A stretch of DNA of 64,000 bases from Bryobacterales bacterium (GTDB lineage Bacteria > Acidobacteriota > Terriglobia > Bryobacterales > UBA6623), in NCBI GenBank assembly GCA_965216215.1, contig CBDCFO010000007.1, positions 652,876 through 716,875 on the forward strand, in the 5' to 3' direction. The notes under the pieces were generated by a model. That model was not told the DNA's origin, did not search any database, and was given only the letters and a program-made list of their open reading frames with translations. The number at the start of each line of letters is the position of its first letter. Position 1 is the stretch's first letter. Positions 20,430 through 30,464 of this stretch are shown in pieces. The translations under genes were made by a program, and so were the position numbers.

Positions 20430-21569
20430 GTGAACCCGGAGACAAGTGAACCACTGAACGAGGACTGGGGGCTGCTGGTCTCCTTCCTGCCGCCGAACTG
20501 GGAGGATCTGGCGCGCCAGACCGGAGCGCTGAGGAAACTGCGTAAGCACAAGTCGCCCGGGAACCTGCTGCGCACACTACTGCTGCATCTGGGCTGTGGC
20601 CACTCGCTGCGCGAGACGGTGGTGCGAGCGCGCCGGGCGGATCTGGCGGACCTGTCGGACGTCGCCTTGCTGAAACGGCTGCGGAAATCACGGGACTGGC
20701 TGCAGGCGCTGTGCGTGGAGCTGTTCCGGGAGCAAGGGCTGGCCGCCACCACGGCGGCGGACAGTGGCGAGGTCCGGGCCTTCGATGCGACGACGGTGAG
20801 CGAGGCGGGGCGGACGGGTTCGCTGTGGCGGATTCATTACAGCGTGCGGCTGCCGTCGCTGACCTGCGACTTCTTCAAGCTGACGCGGACGGAAGGAGCG
20901 GGCACGGGCGAGTCGCTGAAGCAGTTCCCGATCGCGGCGGGGGACTGCATTCTGGCGGATCGCGGGTATTCGACGGGTCGGGGGATTCAGTACGTGGCCG
21001 AGGCAGGGGGCCAGGTGACCGTGCGGGTAAACAGCGGATCGTTGTTGCTGGAAAAGGAAGACGGCACGACGCTGGACCTGGTGGATTGCCTGCGGCCCCT
21101 GCACAGTCCCGGGATCATCGGGTCCGTCGCGGCCCGTGCGCTGGCGAGCGAGGGTGCGCCGGTGGCGGGCCGGGTCTGCGGCCTGCGCAAGAGCGAAGAG
21201 GCCGTCCGCCTGGCCCAGGCGAAGATCCGCAAGGAGGCCTCCCGGAAGGGGCGCACGGTCCAGCCGGCCACGCTGGAACTGGCCAAGTACGTCATTCTGT
21301 TCACCACCGTGCCGGAAAGCGAGTGGTCGGCCGCCGACGTGCTGGGGTGGTATCGCACGCGCTGGCAGGTGGAATTGACGTTCAAGCGATTCAAGTCGCT
21401 GGCCCAGCTGGGCTGCCTGCCGAAGTACGACGACGACAGCGCGAAGGCGTGGCTGTACGGCAAGCTGCTGGCTGCGCTGCTGGTCGAGAAACTGATCCAC
21501 CACGCGAGCGCCATTTCCCCCTGGGGGTACGAAGTGGGACCGGGATCGCCCACGCAGCGCCTGGCGTGA
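20430..21569 (+). CDS. IS4-family DDE transposase (probable +1-frame extension to 21726)
   Basis: FDATT, LADRGY, YRTRWQVELTFKRFKS (Y-2-R-3-E-6-K motif); start approximate. Confidence 0.92.
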   Translation: MNPETSEPLNEDWGLLVSFLPPNWEDLARQTGALRKLRKHKSPGNLLRTLLLHLGCGHSLRETVVRARRADLADLSDVALLKRLRKSRDWLQALCVELFREQGLAATTAADSGEVRAFDATTVSEAGRTGSLWRIHYSVRLPSLTCDFFKLTRTEGAGTGESLKQFPIAAGDCILADRGYSTGRGIQYVAEAGGQVTVRVNSGSLLLEKEDGTTLDLVDCLRPLHSPGIIGSVAARALASEGAPVAGRVCGLRKSEEAVRLAQAKIRKEASRKGRTVQPATLELAKYVILFTTVPESEWSAADVLGWYRTRWQVELTFKRFKSLAQLGCLPKYDDDSAKAWLYGKLLAALLVEKLIHHASAISPWGYEVGPGSPTQRLA

Positions 21570-21986
21570 CTTCAAATTCGTTTGGAACCAGGTGCAACGA
21601 GCGATCGAGCCGCCGATTCCGCTGTCGCAGACACTCGCTGACTGGCAGGCGATTTCGGCGGAACTAGCGGAGAATCCTCGGAAGCGCCGATCACAGATCG
21701 CGGATTTCTTTGGTGGCGATCAATAAGTTAGCGCATATGGGGGGGGGGGCGGCGGATGCGTTGCCGGAGAATGCGATTAGATAGAGTATACATTACATTG
21801 ATTTAGCATATGAATCACGTATGAAGTGAACTCCGACGATGGGCGTTCGCCCGCTCCCCCCGCCGACGCCGACGGACTTTCTCAAGATAGCCATGAGCTT
21901 GGGCGGCCTTCCGCCCTGCCGCCGGCAGTCCGATTCCTACGGATCGACTGACACGGTGGTAGACTTTCCTGGAGCGGGAGGGACCG

Positions 21987-23012
21987 ATGAAACGAATCTG
22001 TATTTTGCTCGTAGCATTCGCGACGCTGGGGGTCGCGGCCGACAAGAAGATAGTCGTCCGCGCGCTCTCAGGCGGCTTCGCGTACGACTCGGACGCCATC
22101 GAGCGATACAAGCAGGAAGCAGGCAATGACGCAGACGTGGTTGCCGCACGGACACCCGAGGCCTTCGAGAAGGAGCTAGTCGACGCGGACGGCATCATCG
22201 GCGGCATCAGCAAGGACCAGTTCGCCAAGGCGAAGAAGCTGAAGTGGGTTCAGTCGACCAGTGCGGGGGTCGAAGCCTATTCCTTCTGGCCCGAGTTCAT
22301 GGAGAGCGACGTCGCACTCACCAACTGCAAGGTTGTGCAGGGACCCACGATCGGGGACCACGCCTTCGCGCTGCTGCTTTCAATGACTCGAGGCCTGCAC
22401 TACTACCTCCCGAACCGCCGGGAATGGAAGTCGCGCTCTGACGCGCCCAAAGGCATGACCGAACTGCCGGGCATGACAGCTGTCGTGGTTGGCGTGGGGG
22501 GCATCGGGATGCAGATCGCGCAACGCGCCCACGGCTTCGGAATGAACGTGATCGGTGTCGACCCGAAAGACATCCCTGTCAACATCTTCGTGCCAACGAT
22601 CGTGAAGCCGGATCAGCTCAACGATGTGTTGCCAAAAGCCGACGTCGTGTTCATCGCTACGCCGCTGACGCCGCAATCCGAGCGCATGATTGGGGAGGAG
22701 CAGTTCAACGCCATGAAGCGCGGAGCCTACTTTGTCGCGGTGTCCCGGGGCCGGCTCTATGACAAGGGCGCGTTGGTCAAGGCCATCGACAGCCAGAAAC
22801 TGGCCGGTGCCGGCCTGGACGTTACCGACCCCGAGCCGCTTTCAGCGGATGACCCGCTGTGGCAGTTCGACAATGTCGTGATCACGCCCCATGTGGCGTC
22901 GCATGCCAAGGGATCAGATATTCGTCGCCTCGGGGTGATCGCAGGCAATATCGGGCGATTCGCCCGGGGCGAGCCACTGACTAACGTGGTGAACAAGGCG
23001 GTGGGATACTAG
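21987..23012 (+). CDS. D-2-hydroxyacid dehydrogenase with N-terminal signal peptide
   Basis: VGVGGIG, ATPLTPQS, VSRG, GLDVTDPEPL, TPHVA; MKRICILLVAFATLGVAA leader; GGGAGG RBS. Confidence 0.9.
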   Translation: MKRICILLVAFATLGVAADKKIVVRALSGGFAYDSDAIERYKQEAGNDADVVAARTPEAFEKELVDADGIIGGISKDQFAKAKKLKWVQSTSAGVEAYSFWPEFMESDVALTNCKVVQGPTIGDHAFALLLSMTRGLHYYLPNRREWKSRSDAPKGMTELPGMTAVVVGVGGIGMQIAQRAHGFGMNVIGVDPKDIPVNIFVPTIVKPDQLNDVLPKADVVFIATPLTPQSERMIGEEQFNAMKRGAYFVAVSRGRLYDKGALVKAIDSQKLAGAGLDVTDPEPLSADDPLWQFDNVVITPHVASHAKGSDIRRLGVIAGNIGRFARGEPLTNVVNKAVGY

Positions 23013-23079
23013 CCGCCACGCCACGGATCGGATCATCGCTGCTGTGCCGTCGCTGCGGCAGTCGGATAGCATAGGTGCC

Positions 23080-24477
23080 ATGGCAGCACTGACAAGACGC
23101 GGGTTCCTCGGAGCCGTTGGCGGAGTTCTGGGCGCGGCAGGCCAGGCTGCTCTTCGGACCGGCAAGCCGAACATCGTCATCATTTACACCGATGACCAGG
23201 GAACGCTCGATGCCGGCTGCTACGGATCGGACGACATCCATACCCCCAACATCGACGCGCTCGCCGGGCGCGGCGTCCGTTTTACGCGGGCCTACGCGCA
23301 TACCGTCTGCTGCCCATCGCGGTCGCAACTGCTGACCGGCCGCGTTCCGCAGCGGTCCGGCGTGACCAGCTGGCTCTCGAACAATCCCTTGGACGAGAAC
23401 GGCCGCAACATGAGCGTTGACGAGGTGACGCTGGCAGAGGTGTTGCGAGACAGCGGCTACAGAACCGGTCTGACGGGCAAGTGGCATCTCGGGGCCAAGC
23501 CCGGCCACCAGCCGCTCGATCAGGGATTCGACGAGGCCTACGGGCATCTGGGCGGGTTCATCGACAACTACGCGCACGAGTTCATGCATTCGAACCAGAA
23601 ACGGCCTCCGTTCCACGACCTGTACCGGAACGGAGAGGAGGTCCACGAGACGGGCCGGTATTTCCCGGACCTGGTGGTGCGGGAAGCCACCCGGTTCATC
23701 GTTGAGAACAAGGACCGACCCTTCTTCCTGTTTTGCGCTTTCAACGTGCCGCACTACCCGGAACAGTCCGACCCGAAGTTCGCCAAGATGTACGACAGCA
23801 TGGCAATGCCGAGGCGGTCATACGCCTCGATGATCACCACCACGGACGATCGAATCGGGCAGGTGCTCCGGGCCTTGGATCTGTGGGGCCTGCGCGACAA
23901 CACGCTGGTCGTGTTCATGAGTGACAACGGGCACTCGACCGAGCAGTTCGCGAACTGGGACCAGAATTACGGGGCGAACGGAGGCGGTGGCAACACAGGC
24001 AAGTGGCGCGGAGCCAAGGCCAGCATGTTCGAGGGTGGCGTGCGGGTACCCTCGATCATGAGCTTTCCGGGCTTGATTCCCGAGGGCGAGACCCGGGACC
24101 AGGCGATTTCCAATATGGATTTCTTCCCCACGATCCTCCAACTCTGCGGCATTGACCCGCCCGATTACGAGATCGACGGCAAGAGCCTCGGCCCGGTACT
24201 GGAGTCGGCGGACGCTCCCTCCCAACACGAGGTGTTCCACTGGATGTGGCAGGACCAATGGGCCGTGCTCGAAGGCGACTGGAAACTGATCGGCAACGGG
24301 CGCGACACCACCGGACTGGAGTCGAAGCACGCTCCTCGCAAAGAGATGGGCGACCTGTATCTTGCGAACCTGTCCGAAGACCGTCCCGAGTCGACCAACC
24401 ATGCCGCCGACCGTCCGGAGGTTGTTGCACGGTTGAAGAAGGCGCATGACGACTGGCTTCGCCGCGTCACTCCCTGA
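23080..24477 (+). CDS. Cys-type sulfatase with Tat signal
   Basis: TRRGFL, PNIVIIYTDDQG, CCPSRSQLLTG, GKWHLG, SDNG, EGGVRVP. Confidence 0.93.
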   Translation: MAALTRRGFLGAVGGVLGAAGQAALRTGKPNIVIIYTDDQGTLDAGCYGSDDIHTPNIDALAGRGVRFTRAYAHTVCCPSRSQLLTGRVPQRSGVTSWLSNNPLDENGRNMSVDEVTLAEVLRDSGYRTGLTGKWHLGAKPGHQPLDQGFDEAYGHLGGFIDNYAHEFMHSNQKRPPFHDLYRNGEEVHETGRYFPDLVVREATRFIVENKDRPFFLFCAFNVPHYPEQSDPKFAKMYDSMAMPRRSYASMITTTDDRIGQVLRALDLWGLRDNTLVVFMSDNGHSTEQFANWDQNYGANGGGGNTGKWRGAKASMFEGGVRVPSIMSFPGLIPEGETRDQAISNMDFFPTILQLCGIDPPDYEIDGKSLGPVLESADAPSQHEVFHWMWQDQWAVLEGDWKLIGNGRDTTGLESKHAPRKEMGDLYLANLSEDRPESTNHAADRPEVVARLKKAHDDWLRRVTP

Positions 24478-24786
24478 CCGTCCACGGCACGCCGTTCGAC
24501 CGGAATTCCCGCTTCCGGGCAATCCTCATGGAGCAGGTTCGCCGGATCTGCCTTGGCAACGCCAATTCAGCCAGGAATGCTGTCGCGGCAACCGGTTACT
24601 CCGAGTAAGACAGCCTGGGATCTTCAACCTCCGCGAACGAAATCGAGAGCAACGACTTTCCCAGGCACGAGACTGAGCGGCAGTGCGAATGCCCGCGTTC
24701 CCTTGGCTGCGCTCGCGACAGGCGCGCGCCGCAGACTCGGCCGGGCGGTGCAGCGAGGTACGCACGGAAGGGGCACAATAGTGCCA

Positions 24787-27681
24787 ATGCAGTTGATGCG
24801 GTGCTGGAATCGATTCCCTCGCGTGGCACTGGCGATCTTCGTCTTTGCCTCGATCCAGAGCTCCGCCCAGGTCCCCCTCATCAATGAGACTCTCCCGAGC
24901 GGTTCCACGGTCTCGCTGCGGTTGCTGTTCGGCCTGGACCGGTTCACACCCCAGCGGTGGGACGGATCGGTCAGCGTGTCTCCCGGCCAGGTGCTGCAAC
25001 TGAGCGGCGTCCACTTCGAAGGCAGGGACCAGATCGTCAACCCAGGCGGCTGGCTCCTCACCAACCGCGTTACGCGCTACGCCGATTCCACCACCCAACG
25101 TGGCTACGACCCAGTCCACACCCGTCAGTTCGCCATGATCCCGAACGGGGTCGTAGCGACACTCGACGCGACCGACGCGTCGGTGATCCGGACGGAAACG
25201 GAACAGGGAACGTTTTCCTTCCCCCTAGGCGGACTCGAGTTCGGCCGTCCCCTGCAATTCCTCGATGGGCTCGCTGGGGCCGAACGCATCCCGACAACGA
25301 CAGACCTCACCCGAGGGGACACATTCAACGACTACCCTGACCTGGCAGCCGACCCCGCCGGAGGGGTCTGGGTCTCCTGGATTTCGTACCAGGACGAACG
25401 GGACTCGGTGTGGCTGGCGCGGCACGACGGCCAAGCCTGGGACGAGCCGATCCAGGTCTCGCCCGACCGCTACGTCGACAATTTCCGAACTGAGGTCGCG
25501 GTCGATCGGGACGGCAGCGTCGTAGTCGTTTGGTCCGGCAAGTCTCCCGCCGGTGCCTGGGGCTTGTTCGCACGGGAGCTGACGGCCGACGGGCTAGCGG
25601 AGGTCGAGAGCTTGGCGAGCACCGGCGAGAACATCTATCACCGGGCGGCCGCCGACAGCCGAGGCAATGTCCATGTCGCATGGCAGGGATTCAGGGACCG
25701 GACTTCACGCATCCTGCATGCCGTATGGGATGGTTCCTCGTGGTCGCCGGAGACGATTGTGTCCGAACCGGCCCACGATGACAGCTGGGCCCCGGACGTA
25801 GCCGCCGATTCGAAGGGTAACGTCTGGGTCGGCTGGGACGGTTACGGCGCGGGCGACTTCAACATCTACGTGCGGAGACTCCGACCGAACGGGCGGTGGG
25901 ACGCGCCTCGCCAGATCACCCGGTCCGACGGGTTCGACGCCAACGTGTCCCTTGCTTGCGACGCCTCGGACGGACTCTGGATTGCGTGGGACCGCGGAGA
26001 AGCCAATTGGGGCAAGGACTGGAGCAGCCAGCGCTTCCGACCGGGCGGCGGAGCAGGCCTGTACCGGTTGCGATCCGTCAAGGTCGCCGTGCTCGAGGGA
26101 AGCCGGCTGAGGGAAGCTCCCGAGGTAATGGAGGCCATCCCGGCAGGATCAAGGGACTACGTCCAGCAGGCCCGCCTGGCCGTCGATTCCGAGGGCCATG
26201 TGTGGGCAATGATGCGGTCGCTGACGAGTGTGACGAGCCGGGTCAACAACAACTGGGGCGCGGGCGGAATTTGGGAAATGCTGCTCACCCGCCTCGACGG
26301 AAACGGCTGGCTGCCCGCAACCAAACTGCACGCGACGAACGGCCGAAACGACATGTGGGCCTCGAGCGCTCTCGATACCAGGGGGCAGCTTTGGTTCGCG
26401 TGGTCCCGCGACGCACGGCCATTCGGCTCGCCGAGGCAATCAGTCAACCGCGGCTCCCCATCGGCTCAAACCACGCACGTCTCCTATACCGTTATCGACC
26501 CCTCCCACGCAGCCTGGAAGGCGGCCGGCAACGTGTCACTGTCAGAGTTCCGAGAGGCTCCCTCGACCTCTGTGCCTGTACACCCCAATGAAGAGGAGGA
26601 CACCGCGGCAATCCGCGCCTACCGCTACAAGGCGGGAAGCAAGAGCTATCGGATCCTGCGCGGGGACCTGCACCGGCACACGGACATTTCGGCTGACGGC
26701 ATCGGCGAGGGCGGGCTGATCGACTTCTACCGCTACGCAATCACCGCGGGCCAGTTTGACTTCATGATGGTCGGGGACCACCAGTACGGGGGAGACAACG
26801 TGCCAGGAGTCGAATACAACTGGTGGCGGACGGAGAAGTCGGAGGATGTCTTCCGCGTCGACGGACGGTTCTGGCCGCTATTCGGAACCGAGCGCAGCCT
26901 ACCCTACCCCAACGGACACCGCAATACGGTCTTCGCGCATCGAGGGGTTCGGTGGATGCCGATCCAGGCGGGCGAGCGGAACGGATCCATCAACACGGGC
27001 GATGTCCTGTTCCCGTACTTGCGCCGCAACGGCGGGATATCGACGCCCCATACCTCTGGGTCGGACCAAGGCACGGACTGGCGCGAGAGCGATCCGCAAG
27101 TCGAACCGATTGTCGAGATCTACCAGAGCCTGCATGCGTCCTACGAATACCCCGGCGCTCCGAGAGCCGAAACCCGAGACAGGCGCTACTACCATCACGG
27201 GGAAGCCTGGAGGCCGGCTGGCTTCGTATGGGAGGCCTGGGCCAAGGGGATCAAGATCGGAGTGCAGGCCAGCTCAGACCATGTCGGCACCCATGACTCG
27301 TATGCTTGCGTCCTGGTACCGGCAGACGGACCGCCGACAAGGCAAGCCCTGATCGATGCGATGAAGCAGCGCCACACGTACGCTGCCACAGACAACATCA
27401 TCGTCGACATGCGGATCGACGACCACATCATGGGCGATGCCTTCGAGACATCGGAGCAGCCGGTCGTGAGTGCCAAGGCGATCGGCACAGTCCCGATCGA
27501 ACGCATCGTGCTCGTCAAGAACAACGAGATCGTCTACACAATCGAGCCGGGCACCAAGGAAGCCGCGTTCGACTACCGGGACGATTCGGCCGAGCATGGC
27601 GAGAGTTACTACTACATCCGCGTCGAGCAATCGGACGGATCGCTCGCTTGGGGGAGCCCGATCTGGGTCTCCTACCGATAG
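24787..27681 (+). CDS. Large secreted protein: beta-propeller-like repeats plus C-terminal PHP/DUF3604-like metallohydrolase domain
   Basis: Signal peptide; repeated (L/V)A.D..G..(W/H)V.W blades; GDLHRHT, GDH, GHRN, PHT, EIYQ, ASSDH; terminal YYYIRVEQ.DG..AWGSPIWV. Confidence 0.75.
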   Translation: MQLMRCWNRFPRVALAIFVFASIQSSAQVPLINETLPSGSTVSLRLLFGLDRFTPQRWDGSVSVSPGQVLQLSGVHFEGRDQIVNPGGWLLTNRVTRYADSTTQRGYDPVHTRQFAMIPNGVVATLDATDASVIRTETEQGTFSFPLGGLEFGRPLQFLDGLAGAERIPTTTDLTRGDTFNDYPDLAADPAGGVWVSWISYQDERDSVWLARHDGQAWDEPIQVSPDRYVDNFRTEVAVDRDGSVVVVWSGKSPAGAWGLFARELTADGLAEVESLASTGENIYHRAAADSRGNVHVAWQGFRDRTSRILHAVWDGSSWSPETIVSEPAHDDSWAPDVAADSKGNVWVGWDGYGAGDFNIYVRRLRPNGRWDAPRQITRSDGFDANVSLACDASDGLWIAWDRGEANWGKDWSSQRFRPGGGAGLYRLRSVKVAVLEGSRLREAPEVMEAIPAGSRDYVQQARLAVDSEGHVWAMMRSLTSVTSRVNNNWGAGGIWEMLLTRLDGNGWLPATKLHATNGRNDMWASSALDTRGQLWFAWSRDARPFGSPRQSVNRGSPSAQTTHVSYTVIDPSHAAWKAAGNVSLSEFREAPSTSVPVHPNEEEDTAAIRAYRYKAGSKSYRILRGDLHRHTDISADGIGEGGLIDFYRYAITAGQFDFMMVGDHQYGGDNVPGVEYNWWRTEKSEDVFRVDGRFWPLFGTERSLPYPNGHRNTVFAHRGVRWMPIQAGERNGSINTGDVLFPYLRRNGGISTPHTSGSDQGTDWRESDPQVEPIVEIYQSLHASYEYPGAPRAETRDRRYYHHGEAWRPAGFVWEAWAKGIKIGVQASSDHVGTHDSYACVLVPADGPPTRQALIDAMKQRHTYAATDNIIVDMRIDDHIMGDAFETSEQPVVSAKAIGTVPIERIVLVKNNEIVYTIEPGTKEAAFDYRDDSAEHGESYYYIRVEQSDGSLAWGSPIWVSYR

Positions 27682-27795
27682 AGGTCGCTAGACGCTCCCG
27701 GCCGTTGCGTCGAGGGGGATTCCGGTCCACAGCCGCGGAAGCGGCGATTCCGGATGTTCAAGCGCGGCGCTGGCCCGTTCCAGGTCAAGCCGGTC

Positions 27796-30234
27796 TTACG
27801 CCTCGCGCAATGCCGCAGTCGGCGCGACCCGGGACGCGCGGAGGACCGGAACGTAGCAGGCGCAGAGCGCCACCAGCGTCATGGATCCAGCAGCGACTAG
27901 GTACGTGACCGGGTCCGCCACTCCAACGCCGAAGAGCATGCCCTGGAGAAGCCGGGCCAGAACATAGGCGCAGGCGATTCCCACCGCGAGCCCGAAGGCG
28001 ACGGGATACATCCCTTCGAAAACAAGGCCCCTGCGAACCCGCTCGACGGAAGCCCCTAAGACGCATCGAATCCCCACCTCACGCGTTCTGCGAGAGGCTG
28101 ACTCGGCAGCGACGCTGTAGACACCTAGACTGGCCAATGCAAATGCGACAAGCGAGAACAGCCCAAGCAGCGTCGAAATGAACAAGCGCGAAGCGACAGA
28201 GCGATCGATGAGATTCCGGGCTGGCTCGAAGGCGGCAACGGGAACTTCGGGATCGACATTCCAAACGGTCTCTCGGACGGAGTCGGCGAGACCGGCGGGA
28301 TCATGCGCCGATCGCAAGGCCAGCCACATGCTGTCCGGCGCGGAGTCGTACCAGTGCGGCTGGTAAACGACCAACGAACCACCTGCCTCCAAGGACTCCA
28401 CAGGAATGTCGCCGGATACCCCCACAACGGTCAGCGGTTCTCCTTGGCGGCCTGTCAGCTGGCGTCCGAGAGGATCCCTTCCGGGCCACAGGGCATGGGC
28501 GACGCTCTCGCTGACGATCACAGGAGTCGGACTCGGGTCGGAATCCCGAAAGACCCGGCCATTAAGGATAGGGATTCCCAGGGCTGCGAAGTAGTTTGGG
28601 CTAGCCCACCGGAAATTCGCGAAGGGACGGCCTGCTCCCGGGCGCTCGGCCTCCCCGACCGCAGATATGTCGCTTACGTTTCGAAAGCCGCCCAAGGGAG
28701 GATTAGAAACGACGCCTGCCGAGAGCACGCCTGGAAGCGCTTCGATTCCCCGCAGCATCTCGTTGAAGGCGTTCGCCCGGCCGCGTGCGCCTCCATATTT
28801 CTGACCGGATACCGAAACCTCGGTGATCGCCGCCCCTTCGACCTTCAGGCCAGGATCTTGGTCGAGTACGTTCCGGAGACTCTGGACAAGCAGGCCGGAA
28901 ACGACGACAAGGATCACGCTGAGAGCAACCTGACCCGCCATGAACGCCTTGGCAGCGCGTCTGGCAGCGCGCGGTGGAGTTCCGCCCCGTTCCGACGAGC
29001 TGAGTGCCCGATGCGGAGACAGCCTTGCTACGTACAGGGCGGGAATCCCGGAGAAGAGGCATAGAGACAAGATGCTTGCAGCTGCTGCGAAGAGGACCAC
29101 GGCGGGATCTAGGGAGACCGAGTGCAGGAGGGGCAGATCTGTGGCGCGCCAATTCTGAAGCGCCACGGTCAAGCAGGCGGCTAGGGCAAGGCCGGCCCCA
29201 CCGCCCTTGATGCACAGCACGAGGCCTTCCAGCAGGAATTGAGCGACCAAGACTCCAGGGGCGGCTCCAACCGCCGCGCGCAGCGCGATATCTCCCGTGC
29301 GACTGCGCACGCGATCCGAGGCGAGGTTGGCGAGGTTGAGGCATCCGATCAACAAGACCAATCCAACCGCGGCGAACGACAGGAGCAAAGGCAGCCGGCT
29401 GCGGCCAACCATCGCCGAGTGCAGCGGGCGGACGATTGAGTACAAGTCAAACGGTTCGTCCCAAGCCGCGGCGATTCCCGAGCACACGGTGTCAAGTTCG
29501 GCCTTCGCCCGAGAGGCTTCCACACCGCTCCTGAGCCGACCGATTGCCCAATAGTTGAAGTTCCCCTCGTCGTTCCGGTTCCTGAGTTCGAAGGGCCGTA
29601 GAATCTCGATGTTCATGGAAAGCCCCAAAGCCGGCAAGGCCGCAGACGTGTCGGGAAACCTGAAGCCGTCCGGCAGGACGCCGACGACGTTGTAGGCGTG
29701 ATCGTCTAGCACGACCTTGCGCTCCAGCACGTCTGGCGCAGAACCGAATCGGTCGCGCCAAAAGCCGCTGCTGATCAGGACGGAGTGCCCCTTGCCTGGT
29801 TCGCCCTCATGGTCCAGGAAATCTCGCCCTAGTTGCGGAGCAACCCCGAGGGTGCTGAGAAACGATGGCCAGACCTGCGCGACGCCGACCCTGGCGGGGC
29901 GGCTGGCCCCGGCATCCGACAGCGTCTGTTCCGCCGACCAGTACAGAGTCATGTCGGAGAAGCTCGAGGCGCGTTCGCGCCATTCCACGAAATGCACCGC
30001 GTTGACTGGCAAGAACGGCGAGCCGACGGCGCCGGCGAGCTGCGGCACGAACTCGAACAAGAGCACCAACCGATCGGGCTGCCGATATGGCAGCGGGCGC
30101 AGCAAGATTCCGTGGATCATGGCATAGACAGCGGTTACTCCGCCGATGGCCAGCGCCAACGTGGCGATCACGGCCAGGCAATACCGCGGGGATCGCTGCA
30201 GGCTACGAACCGCGAGATGGAGATGCGTCAACAC
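27796..30234 (-). CDS. ADOP-type duplicated ABC permease (MacB_PCD/FtsX x2)
   Basis: TLALAIG, LLRPLPYRQPDRLV, LLIGCLNLANL, QVALSVIL, RRTREVGIR..LGA, RASRVAP..ALR; start GTG 30234 or nearby TTG. Confidence 0.92.
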   Translation of the reverse strand: MLTHLHLAVRSLQRSPRYCLAVIATLALAIGGVTAVYAMIHGILLRPLPYRQPDRLVLLFEFVPQLAGAVGSPFLPVNAVHFVEWRERASSFSDMTLYWSAEQTLSDAGASRPARVGVAQVWPSFLSTLGVAPQLGRDFLDHEGEPGKGHSVLISSGFWRDRFGSAPDVLERKVVLDDHAYNVVGVLPDGFRFPDTSAALPALGLSMNIEILRPFELRNRNDEGNFNYWAIGRLRSGVEASRAKAELDTVCSGIAAAWDEPFDLYSIVRPLHSAMVGRSRLPLLLSFAAVGLVLLIGCLNLANLASDRVRSRTGDIALRAAVGAAPGVLVAQFLLEGLVLCIKGGGAGLALAACLTVALQNWRATDLPLLHSVSLDPAVVLFAAAASILSLCLFSGIPALYVARLSPHRALSSSERGGTPPRAARRAAKAFMAGQVALSVILVVVSGLLVQSLRNVLDQDPGLKVEGAAITEVSVSGQKYGGARGRANAFNEMLRGIEALPGVLSAGVVSNPPLGGFRNVSDISAVGEAERPGAGRPFANFRWASPNYFAALGIPILNGRVFRDSDPSPTPVIVSESVAHALWPGRDPLGRQLTGRQGEPLTVVGVSGDIPVESLEAGGSLVVYQPHWYDSAPDSMWLALRSAHDPAGLADSVRETVWNVDPEVPVAAFEPARNLIDRSVASRLFISTLLGLFSLVAFALASLGVYSVAAESASRRTREVGIRCVLGASVERVRRGLVFEGMYPVAFGLAVGIACAYVLARLLQGMLFGVGVADPVTYLVAAGSMTLVALCACYVPVLRASRVAPTAALREA

Positions 30235-30464
30235 CGGTCGGTCTCCATGCAAGACTACCCGCGGTCATTCTAGAAGGCGAATCAGGGGCGGGACGAAGCG
30301 GCAGCACCGGTGACGAGTTCCTCGTCCATACGCAGGAAGGGGTCCATGGGAGAACGCAGACGACGTCCGGGAACTGTGCTCCGCGCTCTACCTCCGACGG
30401 ACATGGTAGTGTGAAGCGGCGCCGACCGGTATGTGCCACTGGTGACGGAGGCGAGGATTCCTAT

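Larger units (their letters stand above)
20347..21739 (+). mobile_element. IS4-family insertion sequence inserted in a poly-G tract
   Basis: TIRs CATAAGAGCTAACTTAT and (reverse complement) CATATGCGCTAACTTAT, 15/17 match; flanked by G12 (20335-20346) and G10 (21740-21749). Confidence 0.9.

Noticed and set aside
21752-21768. GG-N10-GC on the minus strand as a sigma54 promoter for nirB
   Set aside because: It lacks the TGGCAC and TTGC context; too weak in GC-rich DNA.
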